Part shown: positions 1 through 12,236 of the stretch, piece after piece
Numbering within the stretch: the stretch's first letter is position 1
Layout of the letters: the number at the start of each line of letters is the position of its first letter
Source: Cycas panzhihuaensis
Taxonomy: Eukaryota > Plantae > Cycadophyta
NCBI GenBank assembly: GCA_023213395.1
Contig: CM041465.1
Coordinates: forward strand, 219,549,741-219,613,740
DNA length: 64,000 nt
Direction of reading: 5' to 3'
Made by a program: the position numbers and the translations under genes
The notes under the pieces: generated by a model
Told to the model about the DNA's origin: nothing
Databases searched by the model: none
What the model saw: only the letters and a program-made list of their open reading frames with translations

Positions 1-455
1 ACAAAAGTACTTACTAAAAATTAATTCACCAAGATTCATACCAAATTAGGGCTTAGACAATATATCCTTAAGGGGGGATGTATTAGCAAGGATAATTATA
101 GCATTTATTAGTGATAATTTCAAATTGTAGATTGAATCCCCATATTCACATTAAGGGGGGATGTTAACATGGTGATTAATGCTAAAACCACTTAATTAAA
201 ATTAAATGTGGTTTAGTTATTGTTAAGCTAAAAGGTGCAAATATTATAGAGGGTTGTAACCAATTGGGTGGGACGTACCATTTGGGAGGATTATACAGAA
301 CCCTAAAGTCCATTGTAAAATTATCCAATGATTATCAATGTAATTCAATAATGTATTGTCATGGGATTTCTATCAAAAGGTTTTCCCACATAATATTATA
401 TACTATGTACCTATGCTTTCTATTATTTACTTACTATATATGATCAAAATCCTAC
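1..455 (+). mobile_element. 3' end of a Ty1/copia element (end of RNase H, PPT, 3' LTR ~79-455)
   Basis: 1-54 translates TKVLTKN*FTKIHTKLGL (copia RNase H C-terminus), followed by PPT TTAAGGGGGGA and TG at 79. The LTR-like AT-rich tract ends CCTACA at ~455, where gypsy protease sequence resumes. Confidence 0.6.
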
Positions 456-1800
456 AGTTCAAAATACATGCATGTTTTATGTTTCTTCACATAACTAATA
501 CTGATACTTTGGCATTCTTGATGCTCCTATTAATATGTAGTGTTTGAGGTATATTTGTTATTTTGGTGGTTACTTGTAGTGATATTTGCATATTCTCAAG
601 CTCTATTTCATTTAGTAATTCCTTTCTTTATGCTTCATCCTCCTTCGATGATTTTGCCTCTTGTGGTTTCTCATCTTGAATTGGTAACTCCATCTCTTTA
701 TTATTAAGTATAAAGACTTTATTTACTAGACATTTATGATTGCAACTTTATTTGGTATTGTAGTCAAAACATGTTCCTCTTTGAAGGTGTTCTACTTTGA
801 CAACCTATTTTCTATAGAACTACCTTCCTTTTGTTCCCTTAGAGAGATGGATCAACCTTGGTCTCTAATTATTTCTAATTAGGTTTGTTGCCTTGTCTTA
901 TAGGGTTAAAATAATCATCTCACCATATATAATTTTGGCATGTTTCCTGCAATTTTACCTCTTGCTAGAAGAACTACTTCCCTTAAAGTTCCTACATTTT
1001 GTGTTTTAAATCAAAATCTAATAGTTCCTTTTATACCTTCAATATATGTTTCTAATAATAAGTGTGAATTAAATTTTAATGTCATAATACTCTATAGATT
1101 TTCAAATTCTTCTATGTAGGATTGGATGGTACTAGTTTATTGTAGTGATACCAACTAATGGAAATAATCCCTACTCCAAGTGTTCTCATATTATTCTATT
1201 AATGAGGATTTTAGGAAATCCTAATTATAGTGATTTATTCCATGATCATCCTTACTCCACTAATGAAAACTATTTGATGCTTTTCAATATAGATGAAGGG
1301 GAATTAGCAATATGTTGTCTTCTTCAAATCCTTGTTGCATTTTAAAATATAGATCCAACTTTGAATATTCTTTTATTTATCTTGGTTAATTTTTTCCAAA
1401 AGGAATTTAGAATTCTTGGGACTATGGTTAGGTCTAATTTTCCTATCCTCTCCTTCATTTTCAAGGTAAGAACTATCCTCATTATTAAAGGATCTTACAT
1501 CATCCTTCTTGTTGTTAGATTCAGGCTTTAATAATCCTTACACGACCTTATGCATAAGGTCAAATTTTCTTTGAACTTCTTAATTTTAAATTTCTATTTC
1601 TACCCTTAATATATCAAGTTGAGTTACTACTTTATTCTTGATTTGGTTGTGCATGTTAACTATTTTTTTGTTTAAAGTATCCACTCTTTGAGTAGTGTCT
1701 TCTATTATTACCAAATGGTGGTTCACCATCTTGCCTAATATAAGTCTCTTCTCAGATCTTAATTCCTTTCTAAGAAAAACAAATTTACCCTTTTTTGCAC
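456..1800 (-). pseudogene. Degenerate Ty3/gypsy (chromovirus-like) gag and start of protease
   Basis: Minus-strand translation gives SLQ*TSTIQSYIEEFEN and LETYIEGIKGTIRF (retrotransposon gag), CFDYNTK*SCNHKC (zinc knuckle remnant) and PQTLHINRSIKNAKVSVLV (protease start). Similar to the gag at ~60700-60900. Confidence 0.7.
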
Positions 1801-1960
1801 TAAGGTAACTTTGATAATTTTTACTTGGATTCTTGTTTACATTGTACTACTTGTGGGGGAAAAAAAAATCCAATAGTTTATGGCTTTTGACTAGTAATTT
1901 TCTAAATGCATAATTATGGGAATTTCAAAATTTTAAAGTGTATAAGCAAATTCTAATTAA

Positions 1961-2016
1961 AGAATTTAATTTTTTTATCAAGAATTTTAATTTTTTATCA
2001 AGAATTTTATTTTTTT
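1961..2016. repeat. 20-bp tandem repeat, ~3 copies (AGAATTTTAATTTTTTATCA)
   Basis: Directly visible at 1961, 1981 and 2001. Confidence 0.75.
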
Positions 2017-2292
2017 GTTTTGATGAAATGGGTGTTTGACTACTAAAAACCTTGATTTCCATTTTAAATAGCCTCAATAGTAAGACACTAATACTACTTA
2101 CAGGAATTCCAATGGAGATTCATAACCAATTAATAGAAACATACATATTCCAAGTTATTTTATAGAGCATATCTAAATATACCACACAATATTATGATGA
2201 GTAAAATAATAGATCTCAAACATTCACTAAAAATACTTATTATAGAAATAATAATTGCAGCTTGATTTTATTTATAATAGAGTCAAATTCCC

Positions 2293-5250
2293 TTTTTTTT
2301 TTTTTATATGGTTTAAATAAATGAGGGGATTTAAAAGGGGACCCTAACCCTCTACCAAATCAGCTACAAAGATTTGCTATGACAAGCCCATGGCCTAACT
2401 CCCCAGAGAACCTAGACCTAGCACAAAATTATTGTTAACCATCCCCAACCATGACAAGCCTAGTGGCTAGCTCTGTAAATCAAAACGATCTAGTTCCATT
2501 GCTATCCAGTGGCCAACTCTGAGAATCAGCTAGAACTTATGCCTCCTAAGTCTTTCCTAACCAAATGTATAATCTCATTAGGGAAATTGTCCCTCCAAAC
2601 CTCATCCATTCTAAATTGAACCCTCTAGTTAACCAAATGGTCAGCTACCATATTTCCTTCCCTATATGTATGGACCACCTGAACATTTTCTCTCCTTTGG
2701 AGAGACTCCTTAACATTATTAATCATGGCCATGTGCTTCTAATCTAGGTCCACTTCCCCTTTGATCAATTTTATAACATTTAATAAATCCCCTTCCATAA
2801 TGACTCTCAGAATCCCCTCACGGGATATCAAATCCATGACTTTGCATATCGCTTCAAGCTTAGCTTGGTGATTTGTCTAAATGCCATAATAATCAATGAA
2901 AGCCCAAAGAACCTTTCCTTCACCATTTCTGTATACCCCTCCACCTCCCGCCTCACCAGGGTTTCCTTTTGATACTCCATTGAATTTTACTTTAACCCAA
3001 TTCTTTAGAGGAGGGCACCATATACACTACCTCTTTGGCTCCATAATCATTTTGGGGTTCTTATTACACCACTTTTCCACAATCTTCCTTTCCTTAGGGG
3101 AGATAAAGATTTCTTCCTTCTCCTTTAAGGTCTTTTTTAGAGCAATAATAATCATCCTAAATAGCTTTAATTCATTCATACATTTGTCTTGAAAAATATG
3201 CCTATTCCTTTCTTTCCAAATATTCTACACTAGCATAAGTAGAGATGTTAATCAAAAGAACCTTAGAGTATTAGTCCTAAATGGGCAAGACTAGGTGTAA
3301 ACTAATTCCTTCATAATTCTAGATAAAACCTATTCAACCCCAAAGATGCTCTACATCTTTTTCCACACCCCCTTGTTGTAGGAGCACTGCAACAATATGT
3401 GATCAAGGGACTCCTCCTCTTGTCAGCAAAGGATACATTTGTTCATCAGCGAGAATCCTCTTTTCCTTAAATTATCTAAGGTTAATATTTTATTCTTAAG
3501 ATAAAGCCACTAGAAGATAGCAACCTTAGGGATTAACCCCATTTTCCATACTCCCCCAAGTAGCTTGTTTTCATTTATACCTTTCTCTAAGATCAAGAAC
3601 ATATAACTAGATCTCATAGAATATTCCCCAGAAGGGGAAGCAAGCCATACCAGGGAGTCTTCCTTGGGAAATCTAGGAATATAATTTTTATTTAGCTCAT
3701 TCCTAAGGGCTGCAACTTGTTCCTCTATTGCACATTCAAGAGGAATGTCTTGAAAACATTTCTAGTTCTTTGAATCCCCATAAACCTCCTAGTAGCTCTT
3801 AACATTTCTACTATAGAGCCTTTCACAGATATCATGAATAAGAGCAAAGACTAATCTCTTATTTAGTTAGGGATGACCACACCAGATATCCTCCTAGAAG
3901 TCAATTGACTTACCATCCCCCAAATATCACTAAGCCCCTAACACAAGCATCTTCCTTGTATAAGCTAAACTCCTCTAAATTATAGATCCCAACTTCCTTG
4001 GAATGTTGTGCTTCATGTACTATTTATCTCTAATATATTTCTGAGCAACAATCATACACTAATACCTCTCCTCCTCTTTTGCTAGACTCCAACCCAACTT
4101 AGCCACTAGGGCTTTATTGAAATAGGCTATATCCTTGACATTTAGCCCACCTACCCATTTGGGGAGACAAGATTTCTCCCAAGACACTAGATGAATTCTA
4201 TCCTTTTCCTCAGCCTTAGACCATAAGAACCTTTTTTTAATAGATTTAAGAATATATATAACCTTCCCTAGACATATGAATAGAGACATCATATAGCTTG
4301 GTATATTCTAAAGGGAAGATGCTAGTAATTGAAGTTTTCCTACCTAACTCAATAAGGCCCCCTTCCATCTTGCTAATTTCCTTTAAACCTAGTTGATTAT
4401 TGGGTTCCAGAGGTCCTTCTCCATTCTACCTACAAATACAAGCATGCCAAGATACAAAGTAGGAAGTTTACTGGTAAGCATTTCTAGGATCCTACTAATA
4501 ACTCTCTGAGTCTTGTCCAAAGTATTTAGAAAAAATACACTACTCTTATTTAGGTTGATCTTTTGATTCATTTCTACCTCAAACCTTTCAAGCTCAGCTT
4601 TTATAGCTATGGATTCCTTTATGGAGACCCTACCCAACAAAATATTACCATCCATAAAGTGTCGATGAACAACATTGTCTACACCTGAAGTGGGCTTAAG
4701 GCCCATAATCTTCTGACTTTTCCTAGCCTCATCCATAGACCTACCCATCAATTCAGCCATGATGATGAATATATATAGGGCTAAAGGATCCCCTTATCTC
4801 AAATCTCTAAATCCTGGGAAAAAAGATGAAGAACTGCCATTAACTATCATGGAGAAACCCAACTTTTAGATATAATTATTTATCTAATTTCTCCACCGAT
4901 CACTAAAGTTGAAAGGTCTACTGCACTGTATCAGGCACCCCCACGATACCCTATCATATGCCTTGGAGAGGTTAATCTTAATAATCATACTAGATTCCTT
5001 CCTCTAAGAAGTCGAATGGACTATTTCATGAACCACAATGATTCCATCGAAGATCTGCCTACCTTTTACAAAACCATCCTGGTTGGGAGCTATAATCAAA
5101 GACAGAACTTCCTTTAGCCTATTAGCTAGAATCTTGGCCAAGATTTTATACTTCACATTACATAAGCTGATAGGTCTAAAATCCTCCATTCTTTTTGCAT
5201 TATCTTTCTTCAAAATTAAAACTAGGAAAGTGGCCTACCATTCTTTAAAG
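2293..5250 (-). mobile_element. 5'-truncated L1-type LINE, ORF2 pseudogene (RT, zf-RVT, RNase H) with poly(A) tail
   Basis: FRPISLCNVKYKILAKILANRLK (5004-5213), LPTLYLG, RFLW...HLVSWEKSCLPKWVGGL..FNKALVAKLGW (4059-4292), and RNase H WVKVKFNGVSKGNPGEAGGGG...TNHQAKLEA (~2850-3000). T13 at 2293-2305 is the poly(A) on the minus strand. Confidence 0.92.
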
Positions 5251-5382
5251 TTTTGAAGCTAGTGTTCTAACATTTTCAAGTCACTATTCTGAGCTATGGA
5301 GTAACCATTCACCATTCTAAAAGGGCACAAAGTTTTTTTTTTCCCCTTTTTTCTTTATTTTTTTCCTTTTTTTAATGGAGGT

Positions 5383-5415
5383 TGGGGTGGGGGGGGGGGG
5401 GGGGGGGGGGAGGGG
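5383..5415 (+). repeat. Poly-G tract (~22 G) preceded by T-rich low-complexity sequence
   Basis: Directly visible. Confidence 0.9.
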
Positions 5416-6489
5416 AAGAGAAAAATGGAAGAATATTTGGAGGAAAGGTGCAAGAAAACAAAATGAATAGGTCAAATCACTCCTCTTAAAAAACAGAGTA
5501 AGAGGAAGAATGAGAACATCCTAAAACTAAGGTTTGAAGATCTCTAGCATATTCATATGCATTTTGAGCAAGAAAAATAGATGCCCTAGCATTCCATTGT
5601 AAAGGACTAGTCATTTGAATGGTTTAAGCAATGTAAATGATCCTCGTTGCATTCCAACAATAGAAAAAGGAGCATTCCCACCACATTGAGCATTCCATAA
5701 TATTCCAACAAAAGGCTTAAGAGTGTTTCCATATGCCATAATATTTTTTAGTGTTCCAATAAATATTTTGGTGAGTATTTCACTCATTCCAATGTTATCA
5801 AATAATAAATAGTAAGTATTCCATTTGATTTAACTATTTCTATAGGAATTTGAATGAAAATTACTTAATGATCTTACATTGATAATAATGCTAGTAAATA
5901 CAAAAAGAGTCTTTTAGCATGTGTGATAGGTGTCTTACATGTAATAAGACATCCAACATGAATGACAAATGTTCAACATACAAAGAGAGGAAAAGGGTAC
6001 ATGACCCTCAACTACTAGAAGCTAAACTCAGGTTTATAACTTAAGAATAAACATTATTCCTAAAACTCCCCCATAATGTTTATTCTCTCTTCATTGCTCC
6101 AATTTAGCCTCTAAATTACTGAAACTTTTGCTTTCCAAGTGGTTTGGTAAAGACATATAATAGTTCTTTGCCACTTAGAGAGTATAGTAACTCAATCTCC
6201 TTTTGTTGCATATTTCTCTAATAAATTGATGGTGTAGCTCTATATGTTTGGTTCCAATATGAAACACTGCATTTTTGGTCATCTTAATGGTTCTCTAATT
6301 GTTACATAATATTGAAGTAGGAGACAATTATGCTTAATTTAACTCTTCTAATATTTTTTTGAGCTAGATGACCTCACATGAGGTGTTTACAACAATTTTA
6401 TATTCAAGCTTCTATTAATAACAACATTATTATGGGTTATTTCTTATTATACTAAGAGATGATGCTTATGTCTAGACTAAAGTAATAAT

Positions 6490-9400
6490 TGGAATCGTGT
6501 CTATGGAATGGTAACTACACCTGATTAGGATTAGGTTGGTCAATGGAAGGCTCCAGAATATACAGCCAATCCAACAAGTAAGAGAAATCACCCACACAGG
6601 GCGTTCGTGCATTATGCAGGTTCAGGACCCACGAATGACACACAACTCCTCTCTGGGTAACTCAGTTTTGGTTTTGGGGTTAGCACGAGGGAGGGATATC
6701 CTCAGTTTCCTAAGTAACCTCAAGATATAGGTCTTCCTACCCTTGGATGGCCAGAAGGGAAGGGGAAGACCAAACGAGGAATAGGTCCTCATGGGAAATG
6801 AAGAGATGCTAACAGAATATATGTGGGCAAGTGACATGGGAGGTACACACTTGCAAGGATGGTATTGGATAACCACCTAATGCACGAGACCAACCCAAAG
6901 GAAAAGATGTCAAGATTGTTTAGTTAATGTGGGTGTAATGGAGTTAGAGAAGGATGCACTAGGGGACAAATCCTCCTTAGGTTGACCCACCTAAAGTGAG
7001 TTTAGGAGAATAAAGGATGATGGTAAAACAAGCTTTCACCGTCCCACGTGTGAAGGGTTCAACCTCCAATGTGTGTTGGTGAAATGATATCTAACTAGTT
7101 GTATGTGTAAACAATAGACAAAGAAATTGTATATAAATAACAAATATACTCTCATCTACTCTCAAATGTAAGTCCTCACTCTCTTTTCTCTTTAAACAAG
7201 AGAAAAGGGAATGAAGAAGGCAAACCAATCAAGCATAAACATGCATGCCAAAGATGCAAAGCCTAAAGGGGTTGTATGCAACTGAACGAAAAGAGGGAGG
7301 GTATAGTTCCTATCTCATGCTCTTTCTTAAGAATGCAAATGTAGCATGCATGCAAACGATAGATGCAAATTAGTTCTTTTTCTCTTTTCCATTTATGTTT
7401 TGATTATGTAAGCAAATAGTCTTAAAAAAATAATAAAAGGGGAAGAGCTATGGAGAGAGAAGGGTAGCGTACCTGGAGGGTTATACGGCTGAAACAATGA
7501 TGTTGTCTTACACTGCATTTATTTTTCCCTTTCCATTCCTAATACGTAGACAGCGTAGAGCTATAGCGTTGGGGTTCCCTTACCTTCCTCAAACTAAAAG
7601 GAAAAAGCCAAGGAAACAAAAGGAAAGACTACGCTAGAAATAGAAATGACCAGAGAAAATGAAGTAAGAGACGTACCAAATTAAAGTGATTCTTCTCTGT
7701 GAATGATGTGGAAAAACCTGCAATCAAAAAAGTACTCCACCCTTTCCCAAGGGGTTGCTAGAATGCCAAATGGATATATATATGTAGATGTAAAGTGCCC
7801 AAATTGTTGCAAGTAAAGCACTTTAATCAAAGTAAATCTCTAGCTAGGAAAACAACTTCCAATCTCCTCAATACAAGCAAGACAAGACAAAGGACCTAGA
7901 TGGTTAGCCTCAAATGGCTAAGCCTCCAATGTATATACCTCCATGTTGTCCCCAAGTGTATGAACAACAAATCGGAACAGCTTAGTAGTAGCTAACAGTG
8001 AAAGAAATAGGTAACTCAAGGTTTGTAAATACTGCCGACGTTGCAAATGTTGTAATGTGCAACGTTTTGTAGCTTTTGACTAAGTCAACACCCAAAGATA
8101 ATATGTGACACAACTAAGGGCTGGAATCTCTGCCCATGTGAGGTGCTCAGGTCTGGAACCAGCGCAGTAAGGGGCTACATACGCTGATACCAACAATGGC
8201 CTTCTTTTGAGAGCTCCCTAGTAGCTCAAGAAAGGCACAAGAGAGGAGGAGGAAAAGGGGAGAAGGGGGTTTCCCTTGAGGAGCATGCCTAGTTGGGTGC
8301 GGAACTACCTTAGCTCCTTTCTCTCACCCTTTTAAGGCCTCTCCTCATAGCCTCCTTAGAGAAACTAGAAGAGAGCAAGAAGGTAGGGGGATAGATAAGG
8401 AAGGATGGAGGGGATGCCTCCTGTATGTGATGGAAAAACTATGAAAAGAAAAAGTATACAAGGTAATCCAATCTCTTTTAGGGAAGCTAAGAGGAACAAA
8501 ATGGAATAAATATGAAGTGGTACCTACTATGGATAGATTGGTGGTAGGTCTACTTGAGAAAATGACAAAAAAGGACAGTTCTATGAAGCTTGTAGGTGTA
8601 TCCCTACAAAAGCTATGAAACCTAAAGAGAAGCTTCATGAAACCTTATGGTTATGCATGGAGGTGAGACTTGGAGCATATCCTTGCTTGGAGAAGCTTAT
8701 TTTTTAGCCTGCTACTGCGGATCTGAGCTGGAGAAGGCAAATATCAGGCTAGGACACAGGTATCTCAGATGTTGCAGGGCATTCCTACAAAAAATTGCCT
8801 GTGAAAGTAGGAGAAGAGAGGAGAATATATGGAAGAAGAAAAGGAAAATGAAGCTTTTAGGTTTTATACCTAACCCTAGCTTGATTAGATGATTAAGGTT
8901 AGGCTAGGACTCGGGGGATGACTAAGCCACATGGTAATTTCGTGAAAAATGTAAAAATTACCATGATAGATTTAAAAAAATGATTTGTGGCAGTCGCCCC
9001 ATGACAAACTTCGTGGTACCACGACATTTACCGTAGTGTGATGACAGAATGCAAAATAAAATGAAAAAAGAGAGCTAGGAGCCCTAAAAGAGGGTGCCCC
9101 AGGCCTAGGAAGGGCTGACCCCCCATCTAGGTGGTTGGGGATAGTCATAGTGAGGAAATGACCTAGACCAGATGGGGCACCGGAGAGATAGGATTCCCAC
9201 GATGTCAACAAGTAGGTAAAAGATGCCAATCACTCCTAGTGAGGTGTTAGGAGCTCTGATGTAGTGATGAGGGTGTGAACAGATCATACAAGATAAGCAA
9301 CACTTAAGACAACATGGACGTGCATAGGAGGGTTATGGAGTGCCATGGGGATGCATGTCTTGTGGATCACCATAGGCTAAAATAGTATCAGGCAATATAA

Positions 9401-9568
9401 CCAAGCAACAGATGCAAAATGATCATTCAAATGTATCAGTCAATCATGCAGTGAAAATAGATGCTTCGATTTACCTTTCTAGAGAAGTGACAAAGGCAAA
9501 GGATAGAAGCATACCTGCACTTACATGAGTTGACTTGCCAAAAACCTATTCCTAGTAGCTGGGAAACA
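6490..9568 (-). repeat. 3' LTR of Tat element (3079 bp)
   Basis: Starts TGGAATCG and ends GGGAAACA. Colinear with 22320-25437 (13 mismatches in the first 110 nt). PPT (CTGCCCCCTTGG on plus) is adjacent at 9569. Confidence 0.93.
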
Positions 9569-10072
9569 CTGCCCCCTTGGCAGCGGAGCCTCACAGCTCA
9601 GAGGCATAATGTGACGATGAATGCTGGCAACACAATGTTAGTAGCATATGTTTATATATGAACAAACATAATAATGGTTTGAGCCAAGGGTGACAGCGAG
9701 TGTTGTGGAAGAACGTGTGGGTGTCGAGGCAAAGATGAGACAACATAGGGGCGGCCTATGTATCGTCGTATAGATAATAGGTAATGATAGCAGATGAGGG
9801 GGATGCCCCCATCACAAGAATACAAGGGAAGGGTGGTGAAGACCACACATAGGATCAGACAAATATCATGAACAAAGTGCTATATACAGACACAAGTCAA
9901 GAGTAGTGAGAGTTGTGTGTGAAGGAAGATGCTCAGAGTAGAGTAAAGAAACAAACTTGGTGGTTGTCATAGTTTAACCTCATTAGCAACTGATTTTTAG
10001 AGGTACAAATAAATCACGATGTGGAGGACAAGGTGACCCGAGACTTAGGTGCTTGAACGACCAACAAGCCTC

Positions 10073-10494
10073 TCAAGGTGGGTCGATAAGGAGAGGAAGT
10101 CGATGCTCAAGGACGAGACAAACTAAGCTGTCTGCCTTGGTGTTGAGAGCCCGAGGAATGTGTTGGATGTCAATGGATGGAAAATAAGCCAACAGGGATC
10201 TGGCAGTCAAGATGAGGGCTCTCAGGCGTGGGCACTGCACCTAAAGACTTAGGTGAGATGGGACACCACAACTTAAGAGTCGCAGAAGAGAATGATGGGT
10301 CCATGGTGGAAGTAGAGCACATCGGTAAGGGCCTCAATAATAGCTGTGTACTCAGCTTCGTTATTGGTAGCCTCGGGAAGGAAGATCCTAGAATGTATAA
10401 AGTCGTATCCAGTGGGATCACAAAGAATCCATGCAGTGACGGAAGGGCCTGGGTTGCTGTGACTTCTACCATCAGTGAAAATGAGTAATGCCAT
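10073..10494 (-). pseudogene. Stand-alone archaeal-type RNase H (aRH), copy 1
   Basis: MALLIFTDGRSHSNPG...ATNNEAEYTAIIEAL...ILFCDS*VVV...HIPRALN..ADSLV..DPP*. Catalytic D/E/D/D motifs are present, with premature stops and a 1-nt frameshift. Confidence 0.88.
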
Positions 10495-11087
10495 GACAAA
10501 AGAAAGTGCTGACAGGATCAGTGGTTAAAAGAACTTGACCAAGTGAGACAGTCATAGGGCAGGCTTGAGTGGCTATCAATAAAGGTTGTGAAGGGCAGGA
10601 AGACCTAGAGATGAGGCTACCCAAGGGTGGAGGAGACTATCCAGTAGACGGGAAAGAACCAACAGCAAAAAGACCCCTCTAGGGGTGCCAAAGGTTGCTT
10701 AAGGAAGCGAAGTGCGGTCTCGAGTAAGGGGACGCTTCCTTTCGGAGCCCCTAAGGTGAAAAAGGGAAATAAAAATGGGTTTAGGATGGTGAAACGAGCC
10801 AAATGAGTATAAACTTGAGTATATATGGAGGTAGCACACAAAACAAGACAGAAGGGGCCTCGCAGGGCCAAGGAGGAGGTACCATAAATGCACTTGAAAG
10901 GGTAAGGAGAAAAGAGAGCCATGCAAGCGAAATAAGAGATAGACCCAGAAGGCAAAGGTGATCAGGGAAGAGGGATGATCCCAAGGTCTATCATGGTGAG
11001 TGAAATAGTTTCAGAGCTGCGAATAGATCACAATATGAAGTACAAGATGACTTAAGACTTGGGCACCTAGGCGACTAGATAAGTCTC

Positions 11088-11510
11088 TCAAGGTGGGTCA
11101 CTAAGAAGAGGGAGGCGATGTTCAAGGACGAGATGAACCAGGTTGTCTGCCTCAACATTGAGAGCCTGAGGAATGTGTCAGATTTCAACGGATGGAAAAT
11201 AAGTGAACAAGGACCTAGTGGTCGAGGTGAGGGCCCTCAAACATGAGCATCACACCTGGTAGACCTGGGTGAGATGGGACACCACAACCTAAGAGTTGCA
11301 GAAGAGGATGATGGGTCCACGATAGAAGTGAAGCACATCAGTAAGGGCCTCAATAACAGTTGTGTACTCAACTTTGTTATTGGTAGCCTCGGGAAGGAAG
11401 ATCCTAGAACGCATTAAGTCATGTCTAGAAGGATCACGAAGAATCCACGCAGTAGCAGAAGGGACAGGGTTACCATAGCTTCCGCCATTGGTGAAGATAA
11501 GTAATGCCAT
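11088..11510 (-). pseudogene. Stand-alone archaeal-type RNase H (aRH), copy 2 (140 codons)
   Basis: MALLIFTNGGSYGNP...ATNNKVEYTTVIEAL...FCNS*VVVSHLTQVYQV*...HIPQALNVEADNLV...DPP*. Start and stop positions match copy 1. Confidence 0.88.
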
Positions 11511-12236
11511 AACAAAAGAATGGAGGTCTCCATAGAGAAAGTACTAACAGAATTGATAGGTGAAGAGGAATCAACGATATGAAACTATCGTAGGAGACTC
11601 AAGTGGCTATCAATAAAGGCCACAAAGGGCAGGAACACCCAGAGATGGGGCTACCCAAGGGTAAAAAAAACTATCCGGCGGGCGAGAAAGAACCAGTGAT
11701 GAAAAGGCCCCTCTGGGGGTGCTAAAGGTCTCTTAAGGAAGCGAAGCACAGTCCTAAGTGGGGGGATGCTTCTTTTGGGAGCCCCATATGCACCAACAGG
11801 TAGCAAAAATGGGTTCAGGATGGCGAAACGAGCCAAGCGAGTATAAAGTTAAGTATAAATGGAGGTGGCACATAAAACGAGACAAAAAGGACCTCACAGG
11901 GCCAAAGAGAGGGGCACCATAAATGCACCCAAAGGATAAGGAGAAAAGAGGGCCACGGAGGAAAAATGGGAGACAGACCCAAAAGGCAAAGGTGATTAGG
12001 AGAGAGAGATGGTCCCAAGGGCTGTCGCAGTGAGAGAAACAGAAGAGGTACCCGTCGGGGGCCCCACCTATATAAGAAAAACTTGTTGAAAATGGGATTC
12101 ATTTTCACAAGCTCACGATCGATTCAGAGCCCTTTTCCTTACACAGTGGAGCGCCGCCCAACTTTGGAGGTACATAGAGAGAGATCAGACCGTTGGATCG
12201 AGGCACGGAGATAATCAATGAGACCAAGCAGACGAG

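Larger units (their letters stand above)
10005..12040. repeat. ~1.02-kb tandem duplication (two units, each aRH ORF plus ~500 nt upstream region)
   Basis: 10021-11005 is colinear with ~11040-12040, sharing e.g. AGTGGCTATCAATAAAGG, GGCTACCCAAGGGT and TTAAGGAAGCGAAG. Confidence 0.88.

Noticed and set aside
6536-9287. Short ORFs repeated in both Tat LTRs (e.g. MVNGRLQNI...)
   Set aside because: The similarity only reflects LTR identity; there is no recognisable domain and the frames are not consistently preserved.
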